A stretch of 63,562 nucleotides of DNA, the filler included, from Lenisia limosa (lineage: Eukaryota > Protista > Breviatea): assembly GCA_001655205.1 (NCBI GenBank). It is 13 parts of 13 records of this genome, joined end to end, with 100 filler letters (N's around TTAATTAATTAA, not from the genome) between each part and the next. Parts side by side here need not be neighbours in the genome. Positions count along the whole stretch, not along the records: positions 12,731 to 18,148 come from LPNZ01011147.1; positions 18,249 to 20,207 come from LPNZ01010161.1; positions 20,308 to 24,101 come from LPNZ01009076.1; positions 24,202 to 26,343 come from LPNZ01004934.1; 9 more parts are not named here. One strand, 5' to 3'. This document shows, piece by piece, positions 13,578 to 25,246 of this stretch. The notes beneath the pieces were generated by a model. It was not told where the DNA came from and ran no database searches. It saw only the letters and a program-made list of their open reading frames with translations. Made by a program: the position numbers and the translations under genes. Every line of letters begins with the position of its first letter. Within the stretch, counting starts at the first letter, position 1.

Positions 13578-16500
13578 CTACGCAACGTAGTTGAAGATTG
13601 AAGGGNNNNNNNNNNNNNNNNNNNNNNNNNNNNNNNNNNNNNNNNNNNNNNNNNNNNNNNNNNNNNNNNNNNNNNNNNNNNNNNNNNNNNNNNNNNNNNN
13701 NNNNNNNNNNNNNNNNNNNNNNNNNNNNNNNNNNNNNNNNNNNNATAATTGTGAGGACAATGTACATAATTTGAAGTGGGACATGTTATAATGTGAATAA
13801 TTGTTTTGAAAAAAAACCCACAATTGTACACTAGTCCTGAAAGTCACATACCTTTCGAGGTAGTCCTTTTCAATGAGATCTTCAATGTTCTTCTTCAGCA
13901 TCTTGGCCTGGGGGGGGGGGAGTGAAACAAAGGGATAAAGAATATTGGCGTAAAGGTACTAATCACGAACCGAATAATCTGAAACTTCAAACAAACANNN
14001 NNNNNNNNNNNNNNNNNNNNNNNNNNNNNNNNNNNNNNNNNNNNNNNNNNNNNNNNNNNNNNNNNNNNNNNNNNNNNNNNNNNNNNNNNNNNNNNNNNNN
14101 NNNNNNNNNNNNNNNNNNNNNNNNNNNNNNNNNNNNNNNNNNNNNNNNNNNNNNNNNNNNNNNNNNNNNNNNNNNNNNNNNNNNNNNNNNNNNNNNNNNN
14201 NNNNNNNNNNNNNNNNNNNNNNNNNNNNNNNNNNNNNNNNNNNNNNNNNNNNNNNNNNNNNATCGAAACACAATTGAGACATAACCTCAAATAGCACAAC
14301 ATATCAAACAATTACAAACACTCTTGTCAGGGAGGGTACTATTTGGGAGAGAAGACCAGACGTATCTCATATATAGGACAGAAAAGCCCAGACTTACCTC
14401 ATAAGGAAAGCGCAGGAGGGAGAAGACCTCAGACTGTAGATCATTGTGTGAGAGCTTCTTCCGAGCCTTCATAACGCGAACAATTGTGGCATCAACCTGG
14501 GGGGGGGGGGAGGGGGAGTAAACATGCGAAATTTATGAACAAAACAAAAAAGAAGTCCAAAATCAATTCTGTTGGCTAGAAACACAGCCCCACCTTGAGA
14601 CCTCTTCCTGCCTCAACTTGTTTGTCAATCTCGGCGTCGTCCTTTTTCTACATGGATAAGCAGGCCATAAGAAAGTGATGATGATGATGATGATGGTGGT
14701 GGTGATGATGATGACAATGATGGTGATGATGATAATGATGACAATGATGATGATTATGGTGATGTTGATGATGATGGTAAGGATGATGCTGCTGATCACA
14801 AAGACAAATCCTCGGAAGCTATCGATATGTTGTCAGGCCAAAGTGTTGAGGGAGAAACCTGCTTCTGGGGATGAGATTTGTTGTTGCCCCACTAATTGTC
14901 GTACCCCCCCACAGAGCTCTTCATCTGTATGGAGTTGATTTTGACGCGGTAGAGTCGGTGGTCGAACTTGGGCACCACCGTGAACTCGTCACCGTTGTTG
15001 ATGTCACGTGACCGCGGATGCTTGGACAGAACGCGTACCTGGGGGGGGGGGTAAGACGAAGGCAATTTCGATGAAGAATACAGAATAATCTGAAACTCCA
15101 AACAAAAACAAAAACAAAAACAAGCAATAAGCACGAGCAACCAACACTAAAACGTTAATAGGAGTGTAAAAAGGCTTCTTGTCTATTATCTCCCCCAACC
15201 TTTCCACAAGCAAGGGATTGAAGAGTCAAACGAAGGTCTTTGTCTTCTAAAACGGTGATAAGGAGCAATGGAGCGGGAACAAGTGATAAGGAGCAATGGA
15301 GCGGGAACAGCGGTGGATTTGTGGGAGAGGTGCATGGAAACAACTGGGAGGGAGTATCAGGGAGAAAAGAACAAGGACCTCTTTTGGGTTTTTAGGAAGG
15401 CTTTGTGCCCATTATAAGGAACTACGGTGGATTGTTAGGAGTGAGAAATAACGGGAACAGGAGGGGGGGGAAGGAATTTAGATGAGACAAAAAATGATAA
15501 TAATTATTCCACCTGCAACTGATATTGGTTTCCCTGAGAATGTTATTCCAACTCCAACCGATATTAGTTTCCCTCAGAATGTCATCGAAGGAGAGCTTCT
15601 TTTTGTTGTTGAAGAGCATCAGCACCACTGATTGATACAGCGAAACGGCTAGCTCCTTCAAAGTGTTCTGAATATGGGTTATTTGCCTCCTTCAGCGTAT
15701 CGTGTATGGATTATTACACTCCTTTCAAAGCGTTGTGGAATGAGTAATATTACAATGTCCAGGACATAATATACGATATCATATGATATGTAAAATAATC
15801 ATGTATGTAAATTGTTAGGTGTATTACAAAAGACTGGCTTGACCTAATCTGTGTTTTAGTTATATATATATATGTTCTGTTTAACCCCCCCCCCCNNNNN
15901 NNNNNNNNNNNNNNNNNNNNNNNNNNNNNNNNNNNNNNNNNNNNNNNNNNNNNNNNNNNNNNNNNNNNNNNNNNNNNNNNNNNNNGGCATGCCAAGAGAG
16001 GCGGCGTTGCGGCTGCTTCTCCTGGAAAAACGCTGAGAACTTACCCCTCGCATTATCCAACTAGGGGGTGAGTAAATGGGTAAATGAGTATCATTATCAG
16101 AGATATCTGGCCGAAGCCGTTTGAACCATCATGCATATACATGTACATGTAAGTAGAAATGAGAGAAACAAAAGTATTTGATCTTAGCTGTCCATCCAGC
16201 CCCCCCCCCCCTCACTTCACGAGGTAATCTGATGTTGCTTGGGGGTATTGCAGGCCAAGAACCTGTGAGATGGTTAATTCTGGGGGAAATAGGATATCAA
16301 AGGGGGGGGGGGTAAAACAAAGGATATTTCGATGAAAAATATTGGAGTAAAGGTATCACGACCCAAATAATATGAAACTTCAAATATGAACATGTGTATG
16401 TGATCTACTTTCAAGTTCAAGCCCATAGCCCTTACTGCCAAGGCATACTGGTTGTGAGGATGCTGACATAAATCTCGGGACTCAGTGACTGGCCGACAGG

Positions 16501-18129
16501 CGTGGCCTGTGGGGGTGATGGACAATGTATGAAACAAGCTCAAGATTAACCCTGTTGGCTAAACATCTGACGACCGACTGTTACACCTACCATAAACGTG
16601 CTATTCAGGCCCTTGGATGACTCAATGTCTTTGAACATATCCTCAATTTTCTGCGTAAAGCCTGGACCACATTCTACGGGGTTAGCACGGGTGTTCAAAC
16701 TGGATTAACTTTATCTATATTGAGTTTTATAAGGGGACTGTTTTTAATTGGGAAAGGGGGTAACGTTATAAAATGGTTCTTATCATGAACAAAATAGGAA
16801 AATAAGGTCAGCTTTGCAACTTCCTAGGACATATTTGGGGTATTCTGAGGAATTTAGTCCCCTGGAGACTCTGTGTAACTTATACTTCGGGAAAATTAAA
16901 AATATTGAAATTTCAGCTGAAATGGTAGAGTCAGGCCAAGCTTCAAGCTTCATTATTGATGTGGTACGAAGGCAATGGTTCGCTCACCTTGCTTAAGCTT
17001 GGAAATCATTGTCTTCTCTCTGTCATGCGAAGCGCTTTTGTCCATGATCAGCCGACGGGCCAAGTCCTGAATTGTTAGGATGAATCGTCAGGATAAACCG
17101 ATATAATACGAGGATAAACCGATATAATACGAGGATAAACCGATATAATACGAGGGCGTGGCGGATATAATACGAGGGCGTGGCGGAAGTCTCATCGTAC
17201 GCCCCACCCCCACCTTCTTGTAAAACGCTTCGAAGATGTCTCGGTTATCAAGGAACCTAAAACGTGAAACCAAAATTTCTGGAGTTGAATAATTCAACAA
17301 TATCTCCTAGAGATTTAGATGTAATATTTAAATTTGTGAAATAAAACAAGCCAAAGCTGTCCATACCATCACGCCGCATAAATAAACACACAGGGATACC
17401 CAAAACCAAGAATCCATGTGTTTGTATGTGCATGAAGCGAATGATATCTAGAGATGAGCAACAACTCGGAGGAACTTCTGGCTTCTTCCGTCATACCATC
17501 ACGTACTACCTCTACGCCAACATTTTTAACACTTTAACCCCACAAGATAATCCCCACCACCCCCAAACCTGAAGATAATGAGAATATCATCAAGCACTTT
17601 GTCGACATTATCATCAGTGATCGACTAAAAGGTCAACTTCGTTCGGGATGCAAGAGAATAAGCGATTAATTGCAAGAAAAGGTCGGCTTAATTAAAATAT
17701 AATAATAAATAAAAAATATGAAAATATCATCACATTATAGATATCGATATTTGTATGGATTATGTATACTATCGATATAATCAGTTTCGTTCATTGCTAA
17801 AAGGAACGGATAAGTTCTGCTTGATAAATCGTAAAATTGAGACACAAAACTCTGAAACGATACAAAATACCACATATAGCTTCGAACCAAAGAGGGGGAG
17901 GAGGAGGAGGAAGAAGACAAAGAAGAAGATGTGTGTCAGGGAGGGGAAAAAAAGAAACAACAAAAACAACAAGAGGAAGAAACAGCCCCTTCGGACTTTG
18001 GTTTGTGGGCGCATCACGGTGTCCACGAATTTAGCGAGAAGGGATGCAGTGGGAGCTGGGTTCTTGCCTGAGCTTTGGTTGACACACTGTGTGAAACCGT
18101 CTTTAATGTAGTTCATAAGCTTCGAGGAC
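13578..18129 (-). CDS. CUL4: Cullin, CUL4-type, C-terminal half (5' part beyond spacer)
   Basis: TASLLAKFVDTVMR / FRFLDNRDIFEAFYKK / DLARRLIMDKSASHDREKTMISKLKQ / KELAVSLYQSVVLMLFN / LQSLACGKVRVL...LYRVKINSIQM / VDATIVRVMKARKKLSHNDL / KKNIEDLIEKDYLER / FNYVA*. Confidence 0.9.
14497..14593 (-). mobile_element. Whole intron composed of shared intron module A (Introner-like)
   Basis: GTGGGG...TAGCCAACAGAATTGATTTTGGACTTCTTTTTTGTTTTGTTCATAAATTTCGCATGTTTACTCCCCC...CCCAG; homologous stretches in introns at about 1382, 16507, 38108, 46345, 47540, 48645, 50403, 51339, 52095, 52680. Confidence 0.7.
14676..14790. repeat. (GAT/GGT)n trinucleotide microsatellite within a cullin intron
   Basis: GATGATGATGATGATGGTGGTGGTGATGATG... 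run; the poly-Met and poly-Ile ORFs over it are artefacts. Confidence 0.9.
15039..15199 (-). mobile_element. Intron carrying shared module C ending at the 3' splice site
   Basis: GGTTGCTCGTG..TTATTGCTTGTTTTT..GTTTGGAGTTTCAGATTATTC..TATTCTTCATCGAAATTGCCTTCGTCTTACCCCCCCCCCAG; homologs at 13907-13997, 16300-16365, 47294-47344, 51937-52060. Confidence 0.7.
17091..17188. repeat. Intronic minisatellite (21-22-bp units)
   Basis: GGATAAACCGATATAATACGA x3 followed by GGGCGTGGCGGATATAATACGA-type units. Confidence 0.9.
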
Positions 18130-20307
18130 TGTGTGTGGGGGGGGGGGGNNNNNNNNNNNNNNNNNNNNNNNNNNNNNNNNNNNNNNNNNNNNTTAATTAA
18201 TTAANNNNNNNNNNNNNNNNNNNNNNNNNNNNNNNNNNNNNNNNNNNNGCGATTATGTGACTCGGTTTTCTTCTACATGCTATATAATGTACCTATCATC
18301 AAGTTTAATTGGACAAAATGGAGTGAGATCTTACTGGGAATTAAAACAAATTTAGATCTGGCCGAAACCAATCCCGCCAAATGATTATCATTATTTATTT
18401 TACAATGAAGAAATAAGATCACGCTTAATAGGCAAATGACGGCGTGGGTCTTCAAGGTGATGTTGACTCTGTGTACTGTGCCTACTCAGTTTGCGCTCTG
18501 CAATCCAAATGTATGATGGAATATTGCCTATTTGATTGGTTTAAAATATCATAATATATCTACCACGTATCAAATTTTATTGTTTCAAGCGCAGGAGCTT
18601 CTCAATTTTTATGAATATCATATTGTGTGGGTGGCTTCTTCCACTTACTCTATGTTTTTGTTTCGCATCTCAACATATTATATTCCTATCAATTGTTTTG
18701 CATGCAAGTGTGAAATTGTCATTTTATTCTCTAATAATTATCAATAACTGTCGAGGATTCCAGTCTTTCTGGAACCAAGGCGAAACCCCATCTCATTACC
18801 CAGCTACTGGAGAAATCTACATTTGCAGCGATGAAGTGGTCACAGTTGACGGTGTGGGCACAACAGCTGTATCGCCAGTTGGGGGGGGGGGTCATGTTGT
18901 TCTTTTCTTTTTTGTGGATTTGCATTGTTATATTAACTCGCTTTTTTATTCATACTGTACCCGCAGGTTGCCTAAAGCAATCTGCGAAGTAATAATTATA
19001 TGCATATATTATATAATATATATACTNNNNNNNNNNCAATTGTCATTTTATTCTCTAATAATTATCAATAACTGTCGAGGATTTCAGTCTTTCTGGAACC
19101 AAGGCGAAACCCCATCTCATTACCCAGCTACTGGAGAAATCTACNNNNNNNNNNATACATATACGCTATATTGGGTGTGTGGTATGACAGGGCATAATTT
19201 CAAATGTACATATAATGTACTATATGTCCATACCCCATGAGGGTATGTCAAAAAGGCAAATGAATATATNNNNNNNNNNCTACATATACGCTATACTGGG
19301 TGTGTGGTATGACAGGGCATAATTTCAAATGTATATATAATGTACTATATGTCCATACCCCATGAGGGTATGTCAAAAAGGCAAATGAATATATACATGT
19401 ATATTATATATACTATATATATGTATAGTCAAAGCTCCGGACATCATTCAAAACTCCCGGACACATCAAAACTCCCGGACAGCTTGAGTTTTCCATACAA
19501 AATCACCATAAACCACCTAAAAACCCTATTTCCCTTTTGTTTTCGGAAGTAATCTCAATCTTAATTAAAAAATGTAACCCCAATTTAACATACTGTCGGG
19601 TCAAAACCAAATTAAGTCCCTTAGCTCTCTATTTACGGTCCAAATACTGTCAAAAACAAGCAAAAATCGTTATAAAAGGCCACATTCAAGGAATAAATGG
19701 CAACTATCCGGGAAAGTTTACCCCTNNNNNNNNNNNNNNNNNNNNNNNNNNNNNNNNNNNNNNNNNNNNNNNNNNNNNNNNNNNNNNNNNNNNNNNNNNN
19801 NNNNNNNNNNNNNNNNNNNNNNNNNNNNNNNNNNNNNNNNNNNNNNNNNNNNNNNNNNNNNNNNNNNNNNNNNNNNNNNNNNNNNNNNNNNNNNNNNNNN
19901 NNNNNNNNNNNNNNNNNNNNNNNNNNNNNNNNNNNNNNNNNNNNNNNNNNNNNNNNNNNNNNNNNNNACAAATTCACGGTATTTTGACATTTGCTCAAAA
20001 TTGAAAGAAAAAAAGTTAGGGAACATTAGGAGGTCCATTTCTCTATGTATCTGTCAAAGCGTTTTTTCAAAAAACACTAGCAATGGCCTATACAAGGTGT
20101 CAACTTCAAGCTGTCCNNNNNNNNNNCGGGAGACCAAATTCACGGTATTTTGACATTTGCTCAAAATTGAAAAAAAAAAGTTAGGGAACATTAGGAGGTC
20201 CATTTCTNNNNNNNNNNNNNNNNNNNNNNNNNNNNNNNNNNNNNNNNNNNNTTAATTAATTAANNNNNNNNNNNNNNNNNNNNNNNNNNNNNNNNNNNNN
20301 NNNNNNN

Positions 20308-23300
20308 TTACAGCATCAAACATCGAGAATGCCGCAGCAAATGCTGAGGGAAATGCAACACCCCATATTCCGAAACAACACAGTCCAGCCCCAACCAAAG
20401 GAAAGCGTTCCTGCAATCAGCATCGTTCGAAGCTTCGAGAGCGAGAAGGAAAGCCGCGACAAGGTCCGCAGAGTTCAAGCTGCTCGTACCCCCACGTCCA
20501 TTCAAGTTAAGGCGGTCAAGGAAGTTAAGCCTGCTGTGACCAAACATAGCCCCACGGCCAGCAAAGTGGTGGCAGTCAAGACCACGCCCATTGTGGTCCC
20601 GAAGGACCGCAGCAACGCACAACCTTCGTCCGGTCAGCAGCGCAGTAGCGAGTCGCGCCATCGCCCAGATCATCGTGATTCGCGTAATTTACGTGATTCG
20701 CGTAGTAGTCGTGAACAGCGACAGGACACGCGTGAGAACCGTGACCATCGTCAACATCGTGAAAGTTCTCGAGAGCAGCAAAAAAAGCCAGATGATCATA
20801 GAAGGCACCAGGAAGCACAGTCCCGGACTTCCCACCCCCAACACTCCCAAAGCCATCACCGACCTCGTAAGCTTGAATCCCCGCTGTACTACGACCAGAT
20901 CTACCAACAACCGAATGAAGAACGCCCTCAGCCCAAGGTAAAGAGGGGATGTCTCGAGCTTCACTCCAGTCGAAAAAAAGTACCAGTAAAATGCCACTAT
21001 TCATCGAGGTTTTTATGATTTTTGGCAATACCGGAGTGAAGCTTTCTTGACAGGTAAATATCGATATTTTGCTTTCTATAATGATAAATGTCGATATTTT
21101 GCTGTCAATACTTACCCTTACCACCTCTCAGCAACCCCCTCCCCTTATATTACCTCCCTTTTCTTTCATTGTGAGGGTATTTCTGTTTCATCGCTTTAGT
21201 ACAGCAGAGACTACGGGCGAACTGAGTTACCATCTGCACCGCTTGCTCAAAAGGTGTGTTAGCCCTCTCTCTCTTTTCCTCATCACCTCCACTCTCTCCC
21301 TCTCTCCTTCTGTTGGATATTGACGGAATAATTATGACAATATGGATGTTTTTTTGAGGACTGTCCGAGACATTCAGTCTTTTTTGGACCCTAATGAGGC
21401 CTTTTTTTTGAGCAAAATACTACGTTGCGTATTTTTATAAAGACATTTTTTGTTCTTTCAATAATAAAAACAACGTATCAATACAATCTTGGGCTCAAAG
21501 ATGAATACACTGTTCGCGATAAGTCTTGACACGATTGACAAGAGATAAAGCTCAATATCCGTGTCGGGATTCATCGCGGTCAGAATGCTGATTGTTTTCT
21601 CTTAAAACACTTCTGACTCCCCAATAGGCAACTAGGTCATACGGGACTTATAAAGAACAGGAGGCCACTCCAGCTTCAAATTCGGTGGGGAGGGGGGGGG
21701 GTAAATGTAGAATTTTATGAAGAACCTACAACTAGGTATTCCAAATGACATGTAAACATACCATTAACATAAATAATTATATCAAACACAGCCATTTCGT
21801 AATACTATACCCGAGTGGTTTTGTTCTGAGTCGTCATAGCAAGGGAAGACCAACACATTTCGAAAGTTTTCAAGGATTTGTCGAGTACTTTTGTCTTTTT
21901 CAGTTCGAAGTGAAGCCCTACTGCGAAATTACGTTTTAAACTTACACCTCCAGGAGCCTTTCCTCGCTCCTGAAGACATTTCAATCACTATTCGTAACAA
22001 CCCTCAAAGAGAGTACGAGGGCTTCCCTTCGGTCTGAAAAGACCAGTAAAATATCGATAGTTATGTTTATGGAGAAAAATCAGTCTTTCTTGGCCGAGAG
22101 TATGGTTCCAGCTGTTGCACAATTTAACATTTTTTCAACCAGATCTTTAAACTCCTTAATGGTTATGAGAATGTTTTTTACGTTTATAGAGACGTAACTG
22201 TGGTGAAGGACACTGTTGAGTCAATAACTGGCAACTTTGCTGAACTTATTCGGTCAAATCTGACTGTAGCCGAGATGTTTGAGGAGGCAAGAAGAACGTC
22301 AAAGAAGGTTGGTGAATGAGCAAGTCTGGCTTTGTTTTGTTTTTTTTACAAACTTACAGAAGGAAATACTTTTAATTTAATGGGTTCAAAAATCATCCAT
22401 CACGTATATCTTGATGAGCATATCTTTGGACCCCTAGTAACATGCCTTCAAAACTACCCCCACCCGCTGCCATATTGATTTTGGGTTTTTTTAAAAAAGT
22501 TTTTTTTTTCATTTGTACCCTCTCCGCATGTTTTCCCCCCTTCTTATTTGATTACAGGTGACTGTTTTGCTGGATGGTGACGAGAGACCCGGGTACTGCG
22601 GTGTTATTGATGCAAGAGGGTCAAAAATGAGTGAGAGGGGGGGGGGGNNNNNNNNNNNNNNNNNNNNNNNNNNNNNNNNNNNNNNNNNNNNNNNNNNNNN
22701 NNNNTTAGGGCTCCGTGCAATTAATTGACAAATTAATTTCAAATTTTAAAGTGGAACATTGTGTAATGAGAACCCTAGTTCAGACATTTTAATTTCTAAT
22801 TTTGTCAATAATTTCTCAAAACATTAATTTCACGGAGCCCTTTTCCCCCAGGTGCCCTATCTACACTATATCATACTTCACATCTTAAAATGCCTTCATC
22901 TAATATTATACTACTTTCCCAGGCATATCATGCATTATCACGGGGTGGACGGCTTACACCATTATTTTGTTTCTCATCTCTTTACAATTATTAAATGCCT
23001 TAATTAGATAATTTTCTTACTTTCCCAGTCATACATGTTATAATGCCTTGGTAGGATAAACGTCTTGTTTACTTTCCTAGATGTTAAGGAGGTGTCACTG
23101 AACCACGTTTCTGTATATCTCTCGAAAAACTTTTCGGTATGACCTGGTGGCATACTCCCCACCTCTCTCTCTCATTATCACGTGCGCTGGAGTGATGGGA
23201 TGNNNNNNNNNNNNNNNNNNNNNNNNNNNNNNNNNNNNNNNNNNNNNNNNNNNNNNNNNNNNNNNNNNNNNNNNNNNNNNNNNNNNNNNNNNNNNNNNNN

Positions 23301-23400
23301 NNNNNNNNNNNNNNNNNNNNNNNNNNNNNNNNNNNNNNNNNNNNNNNNNNNNNNNNNNGCCGCCCAAAGTACCCAGTTACGAGACAGCTGAAATATCTGA
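20308..23400 (+). CDS. Multi-exon hypothetical protein, low-complexity R/S/Q/H-rich N-terminal part
   Basis: 229-aa ORF 20329-21018 plus spliceable exons SYGTYKEQEATPASNS, EPFLAPEDISITIRNNPQREYEGFPS, DVTVVKDTVESITGNFAELIRSNLTVAEMFEEARRTSKK, VTVLLDGDERPGYCGVIDAR. Confidence 0.5.
22706..22842. mobile_element. MITE family 2 copy
   Basis: TAGGGCTCCGTGCAATTAATT ... ATTAATTTCACGGAGCCCT terminal inverted repeats; left flank is an N gap so the TSD cannot be tested. Confidence 0.75.
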
Positions 23401-24559
23401 ACCTTCGTAGGAGGAATGCAATCCTTTTGTTACTTTTCTGATGTCTTATTTTTATTTTCATATCTTTTCCAAAATTGCCCCCCTCCCCCCATCATTTCTT
23501 GGTCATTTTTCCAATCTAATTATTTAGAAGTCGCTACGGTCACTACAGACCCCCCATGTAAAATTAATAATAGTTGTATTTTGACGCAAATGGTACCACT
23601 GTCAGGAGACGAACTTCATATTGTGTAAAATTTCTGGGGTTGGGTAACTTATTGATGAGGATTTATTGAGAATGGTCTTTTTTCGAACATGAAGCCCTAG
23701 CTGGGAGGCGGGACCTCTGAGGATTACCTGACCGATTATTGAAAAAAAAAAAAAAACACGGTTGTATGANNNNNNNNNNNNNNNNNNNNNNNNNNNNNNN
23801 NNNNNNNNNNNNNNNNNNNNNNNNNNNNNNNNNNNNNNNNNNNNNNNGGTTAGAAATCTAAGTGCAATTCACAGCCTCTTCCCTCTTCCCTCCAATGTCA
23901 CAGCCCTCCGTTGTAAAAGGTTAATGTCACAGCCCTCTCCCCGATCCAAGTTGTACAGGAAATCAAAGTAAATGTTACAAGTCGCACACGAGTAGGGGGC
24001 CTAGAAGGGCTTGATATCAGCTGAGGCTTGCTCCTCAACTGCAAGCAACACGTCTCGAGTTGACCACTGGAGCGTGAGATAAAAAAAAAAGGGGGGAAAT
24101 GNNNNNNNNNNNNNNNNNNNNNNNNNNNNNNNNNNNNNNNNNNNNTTAATTAATTAANNNNNNNNNNNNNNNNNNNNNNNNNNNNNNNNNNNNNNNNNNN
24201 NCAAATCAGTGATCTGGCGGTTGCTCTAATACATAATAAACACCAGAATACAATGTGATATGTTGATGTACTAGAGTTTATTGCTGTAAAGTCTCAATTG
24301 ATTCGGCAAAAGCAAACACCCACAGAAAACAACAGATATCCATTGGCAAAATCAACCATTTAGACTGGGATTTTTGGTAATTATGATGTAAAGATGGTGT
24401 TTCTACACAATGAGGGGTTGTACCAGGAGTATAGTCGTGAAATCTGCGCATTTTGAAAAGACAAAAATAAAATATATTGAAAGATGAAATAAACACATAC
24501 AAATATAATACAATATCAGCCAACAAGAAGAAGAGAAGAAAAGGGAGAACAAAGTTAGT

Positions 24560-24978
24560 CTGAGGTGGCAGCGGACCAGCATACCATGGGGGACCAAAAC
24601 CTCCCGACAAAATGCTGCTGGCGTGCATTCATCGAAACCCCGGCCGCCAAGGCGGAAGTAATTAAACCCAAGCGGAGGTTTGGTCGAGGCAGGCCAGGAA
24701 GACGACAGCGCTCACCAAGACCAGACTGGCCCGGTGAAACATCTTGTAAACCCAAGGCAGGCGGTGGCGGGAGGCGATCATTTAGGCACTAAGAGCGAAC
24801 GATGGCGGAAACGAAACAAAGACAGTTGTGGGCGACGAGAGCTCAGGGCGGAGTGCGGCCAAATCGTGGAGTCGATGATCTTGTTGACCTCAACCGAGGG
24901 GACCTGGTTGTAAAAGAGACGAGCTGCAAGTAGGATGCCCTTGATCTCGGCGGCAATGGGTCTTCTGAGGTCGGCCAT
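24560..24978 (-). CDS. Hypothetical protein exons
   Basis: MADLRRPIAAEIKGILLAARLFYNQVPSVEVNKIIDSTIWPHSAL and KPPLGFNYFRLGGRGFDECTPAAFCREVLVPH followed by a GTATG donor. Confidence 0.35.
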
Positions 24979-25019
24979 AGAATGTTTTACAAAAAATGTT
25001 TTATCGACCAGAAATTTTC

Positions 25020-25121
25020 AAATATTTCGGAAAAAAAACTTGCATTGGGAGTGAAATAGGGGGATTAGCTTTCGGTCATACTCTGGGGGTCATCGCGCAT
25101 CACGTCCGCTCTGCGAACGCA
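25020..25121. repeat. Dispersed repeat family 3 (inverted copy at 50735-50840)
   Basis: AAATATTTCGGAAAAAA..TTGCAT.GGGA..GAAATA.GGGGATT.GCTTTCGG..TCATACTCTGGGGGTCATCGCGCATC.CGTCCGCTCTGCGAACGCA in both copies. Confidence 0.85.
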
Positions 25122-25246
25122 AGCCCCAGCAAGGGTACTGTAGTTTATTTTTGTTTCATTTCTCTCTCTTTTTTTTTTTGCTTTCTGCTGTCCTCGAGCA
25201 AGTAGTAACCTCCAAACACTCGTACAGTTTAACTTTTCCTCCTCAG

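Noticed and set aside
14563-14938. Poly-Ile and poly-Met ORFs (also 49479-49999)
   Set aside because: Translations of intronic GAT/GGT microsatellites
17091-17188. Short regularly repeated units that might suggest a CRISPR array
   Set aside because: Head-to-tail minisatellite without unique spacers, in a eukaryotic intron
18715-20208. Near-identical direct repeats (about 18715-18820 vs 19038-19144; 19155-19268 vs 19281-19390; 19968-20045 vs 20113-20208)
   Set aside because: Each pair flanks a 10-N gap, typical of unmerged overlapping contig ends; the 209-aa ORF across them is an artefact
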